Assembly (NCBI RefSeq): GCF_030253515.1
Contig: NZ_CP124549.1
Span: 780,001 to 812,000, forward strand
Direction: 5' to 3'
Length of the DNA: 32,000 nt
DNA from: Candidatus Nanosynbacter lyticus
GTDB lineage: Bacteria > Patescibacteriota > Saccharimonadia > Saccharimonadales > Saccharimonadaceae
Shown piece by piece: positions 16,671 through 24,700 of the stretch; positions within the stretch are counted from its first letter, which is position 1, and each line of letters begins with the position of its first letter. The position numbers and the translations under genes are program-made. The notes beneath the pieces are model-generated. The model was not told the DNA's origin. It saw nothing but the letters and a program-made list of their open reading frames with translations, and searched no databases.

Positions 16671-17760
16671 TGCTCGTACATTGCGGACGAGCACCGGCCG
16701 TTACGTCGAACGGCTGATTCACTATTTACAAAAAATTGATAACAGGAATGACTATATTATCTTGCTCAAGCCAAAAGACATGGATAGCTGGCAGGCCGAT
16801 AACCCGCGCTTTCAGAAAGTCGCCTGTCCATTTGCTGAGTTTTCATTCGCCGAGCAGCGGGGTTTTAAGAAACAGCTGGAGGAGCTGCGCCCAGATCTCG
16901 TCCATTTTGCAATGGTTCAGCAGCCCGTGTGGTATCACGCCAGCCCAGTCGTCACCACCATGCAAGACCTCACCACCGTTCGGTTCAACAACCCTGACAA
17001 AAACCCGGTAGTCTTTTGGGTGAAGCAGCAAATTTATAAATGGGTCAACAAAAAAGTTGCTAGAAAGTCAGCTCATATTATCACCATCTCTGAATTCGTC
17101 AAGCGTGACTTGGTGGACTTTACCGGGGTCAGTCCAGACAAGATTACCGTGACACTTGAATCCGCTGACGAGCTACCAAAGGGTAATGATCCGGTCAAGG
17201 AGCTGGTTGGCAAAAAGTTCATCATGTATGTTGGCCGGCCGACGCCGCATAAAAATTTGCGGCGACTAATTGACGCATTTGAATTATTGCAACAAAAACA
17301 CCCCGAGCTGACGCTGGCGTTGGCTGGAAAAAAGGACGGTAACTACGCTCGCCATGAAGCGTATGTTACTGAACGCGGTATGACAAATGTCATCTTCACC
17401 GGTTTTGTGTCGGACGAGCAACTGCGCTGGATGTACGAGCATACGGCTGTGTATTGCTTCCCGTCGCTGAGCGAGGGCTTTGGCCTGCCGGGTCTCGAAG
17501 CCATGCTACACGGCGCACCGGTCGCCTCAAGCACCGCCACTTGCCTACCAGAAACACATGGCGAGGCGGCGCATTATTTCGACCCATATAATGTCGAGGA
17601 CATGGCGCGGGCAATTGATGAGATTTTGACTGACGAGAAACGACGCCACGAGCTCATCAAGAAGGGTAAGCAGCACGTCAAAACTTTCTCGTGGCAGCGA
17701 ATGGCCGAGCAGACGTTGGCGGTATATGAGCAGTACGGCCGCCAGAGCACCAACTCATAG
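16654..17760 (+). CDS. Glycosyltransferase family 4 (GT-B)
   Basis: The N-terminus is MRIAIDARTL. The E-x7-E motif is EGFGLPGLEA. AGGAGG lies 7 nt upstream of ATG 16654, so the track start at 16648 is less likely. Confidence 0.9.
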   Translation: MRIAIDARTLRTSTGRYVERLIHYLQKIDNRNDYIILLKPKDMDSWQADNPRFQKVACPFAEFSFAEQRGFKKQLEELRPDLVHFAMVQQPVWYHASPVVTTMQDLTTVRFNNPDKNPVVFWVKQQIYKWVNKKVARKSAHIITISEFVKRDLVDFTGVSPDKITVTLESADELPKGNDPVKELVGKKFIMYVGRPTPHKNLRRLIDAFELLQQKHPELTLALAGKKDGNYARHEAYVTERGMTNVIFTGFVSDEQLRWMYEHTAVYCFPSLSEGFGLPGLEAMLHGAPVASSTATCLPETHGEAAHYFDPYNVEDMARAIDEILTDEKRRHELIKKGKQHVKTFSWQRMAEQTLAVYEQYGRQSTNS

Positions 17761-17837
17761 AGGACAATCCTGGCTCATTCACACGAGGCACTTACGTCTG
17801 CAACCATAACTTTTTAGACTGCGGCTCGGCTACTGGG

Positions 17838-18881
17838 CTATTTTTGCAATTTCTTCGCGATGTCGCCACACTTGGCGGCCACATCCCGCCGTGCCACCAA
17901 CACACCGTCTGGTGTGTTGACCACCACCACATTATCAAGGCCGATGACTGCTACTGGCTTATCCGGCTGCTCGTTGCGAATATAGGTACTAGCGACGTCA
18001 ATGGCATGAATGTTGTCACCGTATGCGTAATTACCCGACTCATCCTTGGCGACCGCGTCGTGTAGATCCTTAAAATTACCGATGTCCATCCAGTCAAAGC
18101 TAGCCGATACCATAGCCAGCTGATGAGCTTTTTCGATCAGGGCGATGTCGATGACTTGATTATCTAGCGCCAGGTACGCGTGATTGTAGGCCTCGCTACC
18201 AAAGTCAGCAATTGACGCCAGCGTCTGATAGTTCGACCACAAATCTGGAGCGCTCTGCTGCATTTCACGCATAAACACCTCGACCGAGCCAACAAAGTAG
18301 CCACAATTCCACAAATAATTTCCCGACTCAACATACCGCTTCGCTGTCTCGTAATTGGGCTTTTCCTTGAATGACTCGACATTATAGACGCCCGCTTGAG
18401 CATCAATCACCCCATCGCGCTGAATATAACCAAAGCCAGTTGACGGGAAGGTCGGCTCAATGCCAATAAGCGTAATACAACCACGCTCGCGAGAAATGCG
18501 CGCTGCTGTAGCAAACGAGTGGGCAAACCCCTGGACGTCACGTACATTATGATCGGAATGAATAAAGGCAATCGGCTCAGTCCGGTCATGGTGGCGATTG
18601 ATATAATCCAGGGCCAACACGATACAGTGCGCCGTCCCCCGCCGTCCCGGCTCGATCAAAAAGGCCTCGTCCGGCAGCTCCGGCAGCTGCGCCCGTAGCG
18701 CCCCGGCGTGGCTGGCCTCGGTCACCACATAAATGGTATCACCGAGCTTTCTGGCCCGGTCATAGGCTTGTTGGACCATAGTGCGCTCACTAGTTAACGC
18801 CAAAAGTTGTTTTGGTTGAGTGGAGGTTGAGAGTGGCCAGAGGCGAGTGCCTGAACCACCAGCAATAATTACAGCTATCAT
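17838..18881 (-). CDS. manC: Mannose-1-phosphate guanylyltransferase (nucleotidyltransferase domain only, no C-terminal cupin/PMI domain), 347 aa
   Basis: The N-terminal signature IIAGGSGTRLWPLS and the overall ManC/CpsB-like layout support the call. Confidence 0.8.
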   Translation of the reverse strand: MIAVIIAGGSGTRLWPLSTSTQPKQLLALTSERTMVQQAYDRARKLGDTIYVVTEASHAGALRAQLPELPDEAFLIEPGRRGTAHCIVLALDYINRHHDRTEPIAFIHSDHNVRDVQGFAHSFATAARISRERGCITLIGIEPTFPSTGFGYIQRDGVIDAQAGVYNVESFKEKPNYETAKRYVESGNYLWNCGYFVGSVEVFMREMQQSAPDLWSNYQTLASIADFGSEAYNHAYLALDNQVIDIALIEKAHQLAMVSASFDWMDIGNFKDLHDAVAKDESGNYAYGDNIHAIDVASTYIRNEQPDKPVAVIGLDNVVVVNTPDGVLVARRDVAAKCGDIAKKLQK

Positions 18882-18894
18882 ACTATATAGTATA
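18882..18894 (-). promoter_or_regulatory. Putative -10 (TATACT) 7 nt upstream of the manC ATG, with no SD
   Basis: The minus strand reads GGTATACTATATAGT-ATG. No purine-rich SD lies between the hexamer and the start. Confidence 0.35.
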
Positions 18895-18959
18895 CCGGGT
18901 TAGGAGTGCAAACGCCACCTATTCTTTAGAGGATCTCGCACCCATATCACAATGGGCCA

Positions 18960-19919
18960 CTAGCGAGACCCGTCAGCGTCAACACCAACCTTGTAACCAA
19001 ATAACATTGCTATAGCTTCTACTCTATCAAAGAACTCCTGTATCCGCTCGATCGTTGGATCTTTTGGCATTAATGTAAGTTCTTTTAGTATCATATCGCG
19101 CAGAGCAGCCTTCTTATCATCAAGCTCGTTCAGCAATTTGATGCGCTGTAGCTCGGCTGCATAGTCCTGAGGAGCCTCAGACTCCCTTCCTAGTAATATG
19201 TGGGCCTGCATTTCAGCTTGTTCGTAGCGCTTTCGGTCAAAATCAAGATTATCCGTTTCCTGCTCAACCATTGACTTTGGATATATCAGGTCGACCTTAA
19301 TTTCACCGACACGCTCTCCATTAGCCATTGCCGCCAGAACAGTATAGTACATATATAGCCAGTTGTTCATTCCCGGTGCATCTGAAGGATAATCTAATAG
19401 GTGCTGCATCCCTTGACGATTGTAGCCCCGTGGACCAGCGAGTGCATCCGCCGGCATCCCTAGTATATACTCAAATAACCAGCCGATCAATTTTTCGGTA
19501 CGCCGCTGGAATGGCGGCATTGATTCTTTCGAAGCCTCCGTCCGTCCGATAACGACAACTGAACACTTCTTCAACATCTCAGCAATCTTGAGTGCAAGAT
19601 GTGCCATTGACTTCTCTGGCTCGAGAGTGATAATTTTATTTCCACCTTGATCTATGACAAATTTTGCACCTTCCCGTCGCTGACTGGCAATTCCCAACCG
19701 ACGAGCAGATCGTACAAAAGCCCCGCGCGCGCGGAAGGCACCTGCGACTTTATCATCTGGCGACCCATCAATCACGACAAGTGGCAATTCTTGTTCGGAC
19801 CACTCCTCTGCAGTATTAAGCGCAGCCTCAAGGCGAACATCGTCAGTATCAGGATAAAACGTCGCCGTCACTCCGACAGCCGGTGCTCCCTCTATAGGAG
19901 GGCTATTCCTTGGACTCAT
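18960..19919 (-). CDS. Divergent GT-A-fold (Dpm1/GpgS-like) glycosyltransferase-like protein with a charged helical C-terminal tail, 319 aa
   Basis: The order of motifs parallels GT2 enzymes. LPLVVIDGSPDD corresponds to the VDdgStD position. ITLEPEK falls at the DxD position. VVVIGRTE follows. ALAGPRGYNR corresponds to the GFRa position. GERVGEIKVDLIYP follows. This assignment is by eye only. Confidence 0.5.
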   Translation of the reverse strand: MSPRNSPPIEGAPAVGVTATFYPDTDDVRLEAALNTAEEWSEQELPLVVIDGSPDDKVAGAFRARGAFVRSARRLGIASQRREGAKFVIDQGGNKIITLEPEKSMAHLALKIAEMLKKCSVVVIGRTEASKESMPPFQRRTEKLIGWLFEYILGMPADALAGPRGYNRQGMQHLLDYPSDAPGMNNWLYMYYTVLAAMANGERVGEIKVDLIYPKSMVEQETDNLDFDRKRYEQAEMQAHILLGRESEAPQDYAAELQRIKLLNELDDKKAALRDMILKELTLMPKDPTIERIQEFFDRVEAIAMLFGYKVGVDADGSR

Positions 19920-19953
19920 GCTCTCATTTTAACACAAAAGTTTAATTTGTCAA
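19920..19953 (-). promoter_or_regulatory. Sigma-70-like promoter ending 6 nt before the ATG (leaderless-type)
   Basis: The minus strand reads TTGACA (19948..19953), a 16-nt spacer, TGT-TAAAAT (-10 at 19926..19931), GAGAGC, then ATG 19919. Confidence 0.5.
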
Positions 19954-19968
19954 TAACAAATCTGGTCT

Positions 19969-20787
19969 CTACCCTTCAAAAACGCTCTGTACGAACGATA
20001 CCGCGTCTGCTACACGCTTCACGTTCTCACCCTGTTCGCCCGGGCGCATTTCGATTGACACCACGCCCTCATAGCCAATATATTTCAAGGCATCAGCTGC
20101 AGCACGATAATCAACATCGTCTCGATCATAAACTCGATCAAGCATCGGAGCGCTAACGTGAAAATGCTTCAAGATATCGCCATTGTTTCGTATCGATTCG
20201 CCAATATCATCGCCAGCTAACGCCATACACGCCGTATCAAGATGCAGACCGATCCCCTCCGAGTTAATCGTACGAACAAGCCGCGCACCTTCATCCGCCG
20301 TTGTCACGTAGTCACAATTGTATTGGGGGGCGTTTGGTTCGATACAGAGCATGGTATTATGCTGCTTGGCAACATCACCAAGCTCGGCAAAGAAGCGGCT
20401 TGCGATGCTGTCCGCCTCTTCTACTGACATCGCACCGCGCTGTCGATTCTTTGGCGAACCAAACACCAATCGACCAGCACCCATATCCCCAGCCAATCGC
20501 AAAAAGTCAGCCATATATTGCCGCATCTCGTCGCGAAGTTCGCTTGATTCAAATAGCTTTAGGTCAGGGCGCGCAAACAACATCGACTGAAAAGCCACAA
20601 CCTCAATGTCGTACCCTCTCCACCACTCGACATATTCGTTAATTTGCTCGGGAGTCGCCTTGGTTGGATCATCCCAACGCTTCGTCGGCGCGATCTCGAC
20701 ACAGCGTACACCAAGCTCCCGCAGCTTTGCGGCGACCTCCGCCTCTTCTTCATTTGTCCATGCGATGTTCGATATAGCTAGTTTCAT
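19969..20787 (-). CDS. Xylose-isomerase-like TIM-barrel protein (sugar phosphate isomerase/epimerase family), 272 aa
   Basis: The pattern is typical of the AP_endonuc_2 / xylose isomerase-like family: MKLAISNIAW...GVRCVEIAP...LVFGSPK...LCIEPN...GLHLDTAC...VSIEM. Confidence 0.85.
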   Translation of the reverse strand: MKLAISNIAWTNEEEAEVAAKLRELGVRCVEIAPTKRWDDPTKATPEQINEYVEWWRGYDIEVVAFQSMLFARPDLKLFESSELRDEMRQYMADFLRLAGDMGAGRLVFGSPKNRQRGAMSVEEADSIASRFFAELGDVAKQHNTMLCIEPNAPQYNCDYVTTADEGARLVRTINSEGIGLHLDTACMALAGDDIGESIRNNGDILKHFHVSAPMLDRVYDRDDVDYRAAADALKYIGYEGVVSIEMRPGEQGENVKRVADAVSFVQSVFEG

Positions 20788-20802
20788 ATGGTAATTATAC
20801 CA
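20788..20802 (-). promoter_or_regulatory. Extended -10 promoter TGGTATAAT, 6 nt before the ATG (leaderless-type)
   Basis: The minus strand reads TGG-TATAAT (20794..20799), TACCAT, then ATG 20787. No SD is present. Confidence 0.5.
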
Positions 20803-20818
20803 CTATTTATCCTATAGG

Positions 20819-21700
20819 CTATGCCGCGAGACCACACTGCTTTTTGAAGATTTCGATCTCTTTCTTAAGAACCTCCGGGTTCAAAGGACCCCTCATTTCG
20901 ATTGATACCCAGCCATCGTAATTAGCCCCTCTGAGAGCATCCATATAGCCTCCCTGAGGAACCTCCGGTGCAACTGAAAGCCGCTTCAGCTCCGGAGCAC
21001 TGGCATCAATACCGCGTACACTGTCTCTATGGTCACGAATCAGCGAAGCCAAATCCCCCGGCGTGTCCCCAGCGCCGAACATCGCCGCTGTATCAGGATG
21101 AATTCCAAATCCTGGATGATTGATGCGATCAGCCAGTTCCCCGGCCTGTTCTAAGCTTTCCACGAACTTGTTGCCATAGCCTGATAGCGGCTCGAATGCT
21201 ATCTGGGTATTGTTATCATGGGCCGCAATAGCAACTCTACCAAACAGTTTAGCCGCTCTCTCCATAGCCTGCTCGCCACTAAGCTCTCCTGGGTTACGTA
21301 ACCCCGGCGAGCCAAATGCCATCGAATCTGCACCGAGTGACCCAGCAAGGTTGGTTAGCCTCTTTAGGTGTTCTGTCAGATTTTTACCCTCTTCTTCAGT
21401 GCCGAAAATCTTCGCATTCTCTCCAATCCCATATGTCAACGATTGCAATCCAACGCACTCTAGACCGAAATTCCCAAGCCTTTTGCGATATTCCCCAGCT
21501 TCCCGCTCCAAAGTTTTGAGTCGATCTGTAAGCTCCTGCCCAGATAGATTGGCAATTTCTGATAAGCTTGGCCAAATAATCGTTGGCGCAACCACAAGAC
21601 CTTCAACACCACTCTGCGACACGCGGTTTAGTGCTGCTCGTTGATCTTTACCAAAGGCAATATTCGAGATGGCAAGCTTCATTGACTCCTTCGAACTCAT
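20819..21700 (-). CDS. Xylose-isomerase-like TIM-barrel protein, paralog of 19969..20787, 293 aa
   Basis: It has the same family pattern (MKLAISNIAF...VVAP...MAFGSPG...IAFEPL...GIHPDTAA...VSIEM). An internal ATG at 21679 (MKLAIS) is preceded by AAGGAG and may be the true start. Confidence 0.85.
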   Translation of the reverse strand: MSSKESMKLAISNIAFGKDQRAALNRVSQSGVEGLVVAPTIIWPSLSEIANLSGQELTDRLKTLEREAGEYRKRLGNFGLECVGLQSLTYGIGENAKIFGTEEEGKNLTEHLKRLTNLAGSLGADSMAFGSPGLRNPGELSGEQAMERAAKLFGRVAIAAHDNNTQIAFEPLSGYGNKFVESLEQAGELADRINHPGFGIHPDTAAMFGAGDTPGDLASLIRDHRDSVRGIDASAPELKRLSVAPEVPQGGYMDALRGANYDGWVSIEMRGPLNPEVLKKEIEIFKKQCGLAA

Positions 21701-21715
21701 GCCCGCATTATACCA
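21701..21715 (-). promoter_or_regulatory. Extended -10 promoter TGGTATAAT, 6 nt before ATG 21700
   Basis: The minus strand reads TGG-TATAAT (21707..21712), GCGGGC, then ATG 21700. The 9-mer is the same as at 20794..20802. Confidence 0.5.
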
Positions 21716-21718
21716 TGA

Positions 21719-22480
21719 TTACTTATTTTTTGCAACAAATTCCTTGATGCCGGCCAGCTCTTGCTCCTTTGTGTATAGATAGTCACCGTCACCACCATAC
21801 ACCTCAGCATATTTACTATGCATATCCCAATAGGCGGGCGTTACTCCCTCCGGCGTGTTAGTAAACTCCATACCAAAGGCAACCTTGGCGACTTCCCGCG
21901 TGCTGACTGGTGGCGTCGCAAAATTAACCAGCGGCAGATTATTCTCTAAAGCAATGGTGATATCGCGCCAAATATTGGCGAGATTATAGTACTGATACAT
22001 ACCATCAGCATGAATTTTTTCAACCATGTTGTTATTCATCAGATCATAAATAACATTTTTCTTCAGTCCGTCGCCAAATAGCCCCGGCAGGCGAACAATC
22101 GTCGTGTCAAAGTTCTCACGGCAGAATTGCTCAAGATAATATCTATTAACTCCGTATGGTAAAAGTCCTTCGGTTTCAATAGGCGTATCTTCGTTAGCGC
22201 CATTTGGGTTTTTATAAACACCGACTGTTGAAATTAGGACGAGCTTCTTAATCTTTGCCTTTTTGATATGTGAAATAAACCCTTCAATCTCCGCACGGTC
22301 AACCTCTGGCTCCTGATTGATCCGCCACATTTCAGCACGGTTTGCAGCGCTCACCACCAGGTCGTACTCTTGACCTTCAATGTCAGCTATATTTTTGCTG
22401 TTATAATAATCGTCAAACTCGTGTTGACTCTTTATATTTCCACCGACGAATCCGGTGTACCCAATTAATGCGGTTCTCAT
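21719..22480 (-). CDS. NAD(P)-binding Rossmann-fold protein (atypical/extended SDR, epimerase/reductase-like), 253 aa
   Basis: The N-terminus has a glycine-rich motif (ALIGYTGFVGGNI). A YGVNR segment sits where SDRs carry YxxxK. An AGGAGG SD lies 8 nt upstream. Confidence 0.75.
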   Translation of the reverse strand: MRTALIGYTGFVGGNIKSQHEFDDYYNSKNIADIEGQEYDLVVSAANRAEMWRINQEPEVDRAEIEGFISHIKKAKIKKLVLISTVGVYKNPNGANEDTPIETEGLLPYGVNRYYLEQFCRENFDTTIVRLPGLFGDGLKKNVIYDLMNNNMVEKIHADGMYQYYNLANIWRDITIALENNLPLVNFATPPVSTREVAKVAFGMEFTNTPEGVTPAYWDMHSKYAEVYGGDGDYLYTKEQELAGIKEFVAKNK

Positions 22481-22582
22481 AATATATTCCTCCTATGTCT
22501 CATTATGTCAAATTCCATATAAAACACAACGATGGCCAGTATGGACATGGAGCGATATCAATTATAGAATGGTTTAGGCACT

Positions 22583-24700
22583 ATGAAGAAACCTAAAATT
22601 TTAGGCCAGATAACTCTTAAACAAGCACTGCTTTTTACCGCAGTATTTATAGGTATTGCCCACTTATTGGTCTTCGTAGGCTACGCTGTGTTCGCAGCTC
22701 TCGGGAATGGCCTAGCAATGGATTCCTATGCAGCCAATGGGACGTTCCAACTATATAACCCTCTCCGGCGGCTGCTTGATGGTGAAGTTTTAGCACGAGA
22801 CTTTCCGTTTTTTCACGGGGTAGGAGTTCCCCTGCTTCATTTCCCCTTGTTTTACATCATGGGGCACAACTTATTTGCTGTAGAGGTTGCAAAGTTACTA
22901 GTATCACCACTCATATTCCTCATCTCGTCTTTCTTGCTATTTTGGGCTTACTTCAAAAATGTAAAGAAAGCGGTCTTTACAACAAGTATATTTACCGTCA
23001 TTTCACTACTGTGCATCGATGCGATTTGGGCGGGTAATTCCCTTCTAGGCCTCAGGACGGCGTTTCCATTCATTGCAGCAGCATTTATGTTATGGCACCC
23101 AGACTGGCATGTTAACATCGGTAAACATAAGATGAGAGTCGACTTTTATTATCCTATTCTCTATACCCTCATGGGGATCTCCGTCGCCTGCGGAACCGAA
23201 CAGGGTCTCGCATTCATTCTTGCTTATGTACTCATCAGAGGGGTTCAATATATTCGTTCCAAAGAGATGATAAAAAAGCGAGTGCTGGCATTTATTGGCG
23301 AGTTATGTGGTGTAGCACTGGCTACGTATGTCGTGCTTTCAATTATGACGCTTGGCCATGCGTATGAGGCACTTTACTATGCACTCGTTGAGGTTTCAGG
23401 CGACCAAGGATGGTACTTTGGCGCTCCGCCGAACAGTTTTTTGCAATTAAGCAATCTTGATCAGTTATTCACCAACCGGATGCTATTCTACATGCTGCCC
23501 ATCATTATCGGCGGTATTGTTGCCTATATAATTGGTGTAAAGAAAGCTCTACTGTCCAAAAAAGAAACGTTCGTTTTCTCTATCTTGCTACTATATGGCC
23601 TGGTGGTGTTTGCTGTTTCTGCCACTGGTTACTGGGCACCCAGTGCGCAGCTCATACCACTGGAGCGAGCAGCAGGAGTTATTCTCGTGGCGATAGCAAC
23701 TCGTGTGATATATAACCTGATCCGAGCAAAAAAATCGACTCCTAACGCTAAAAGTAAGGGCTTCTCGGTCTTAGCATTCGGGTTGTTGCTTGGTAGCATC
23801 ATCGCCCTAGGATATAACACTGCGGTATTTCTACAAAAAAATGATTGGATGCCGCTAAGACACATTATTACCGAGTCAAAAAAGGCCAGGCATTCTACTG
23901 ATGATGCTGAATATATCAGCACCGCCTGGAGGAAGCGCCTCGAGGCCTTTGCTCCACATATTGAAAAGGGGGCACGTGTCTGGTCTACCTACACCAGTGT
24001 TTATGATTCGATTCGCCAACAGAAGAATGGATCTTCGGGGGGTGAAGACTATATTATACACGCCCTAGGCCCCGCCAGAAGAAATCGTTACACTCAAGAT
24101 TTTATAACACAAAAGCCTGATTACGTCATAACCCTAAATCCCTCATATTTTAAATATGAGGAGTGGCTGTGGACTCGTCACTGGGCATTTTATAAGGAGC
24201 TTCAGGATAACTACACTATCATTGCAACAAATGATTCTCATGTTTTGTGGAAACGTCAGGCGAGTACTGTAGTCCAAGAAAAGACGAATCACCCGAAACA
24301 CCACATACAAAAAGACGCAAACGGAGATTATGTCATTACTGCTGGTGCCGCAAACAATATACGCGTGTTTGAAGTGTCGGTTCGCTACAGTGCTAGAAGC
24401 GTTCTACCTATGACCGCTAAATTACCCAGATACCTCTTAGAGTTATCTGGGTCATCACTACAAAAACATCCTGTGTCGCTACCACAATACGACACGGGCT
24501 GGAGCTTCCCTGTGGCGCTGGCACCAAATGATTCATCCATACGAATTTCGCCAAAAGTTTATAGTTTGATACCGGGAGCTTCTCTGGAAATACAAGACGT
24601 ATCTTACCGCGAGGTCACCGCCCAAAACAACCTGTACATCTATCAAAGTAACTTTTGCCTACATAACGCTAATAAATGCGAAGGGATTAGTAAACGCTAG
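22583..24700 (+). CDS. Large polytopic membrane protein with a C-terminal soluble domain of about 285 aa (candidate GT-C-type glycosyltransferase or polymerase), 705 aa
   Basis: Roughly a dozen hydrophobic helices cover residues 1-418. The first loop reads DSYAANGTFQLYNPLRRLLDGEVLARDF. A hydrophilic domain follows from about 23837. I do not recognise a family. Confidence 0.75.
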   Translation: MKKPKILGQITLKQALLFTAVFIGIAHLLVFVGYAVFAALGNGLAMDSYAANGTFQLYNPLRRLLDGEVLARDFPFFHGVGVPLLHFPLFYIMGHNLFAVEVAKLLVSPLIFLISSFLLFWAYFKNVKKAVFTTSIFTVISLLCIDAIWAGNSLLGLRTAFPFIAAAFMLWHPDWHVNIGKHKMRVDFYYPILYTLMGISVACGTEQGLAFILAYVLIRGVQYIRSKEMIKKRVLAFIGELCGVALATYVVLSIMTLGHAYEALYYALVEVSGDQGWYFGAPPNSFLQLSNLDQLFTNRMLFYMLPIIIGGIVAYIIGVKKALLSKKETFVFSILLLYGLVVFAVSATGYWAPSAQLIPLERAAGVILVAIATRVIYNLIRAKKSTPNAKSKGFSVLAFGLLLGSIIALGYNTAVFLQKNDWMPLRHIITESKKARHSTDDAEYISTAWRKRLEAFAPHIEKGARVWSTYTSVYDSIRQQKNGSSGGEDYIIHALGPARRNRYTQDFITQKPDYVITLNPSYFKYEEWLWTRHWAFYKELQDNYTIIATNDSHVLWKRQASTVVQEKTNHPKHHIQKDANGDYVITAGAANNIRVFEVSVRYSARSVLPMTAKLPRYLLELSGSSLQKHPVSLPQYDTGWSFPVALAPNDSSIRISPKVYSLIPGASLEIQDVSYREVTAQNNLYIYQSNFCLHNANKCEGISKR

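Noticed and set aside
17761-17837. An expected bidirectional terminator between the convergent GT4 and manC genes.
   Set aside because: I found only weak stems (4 bp, or 6 bp with a mismatch) and no U-tract, so I do not call a terminator here.
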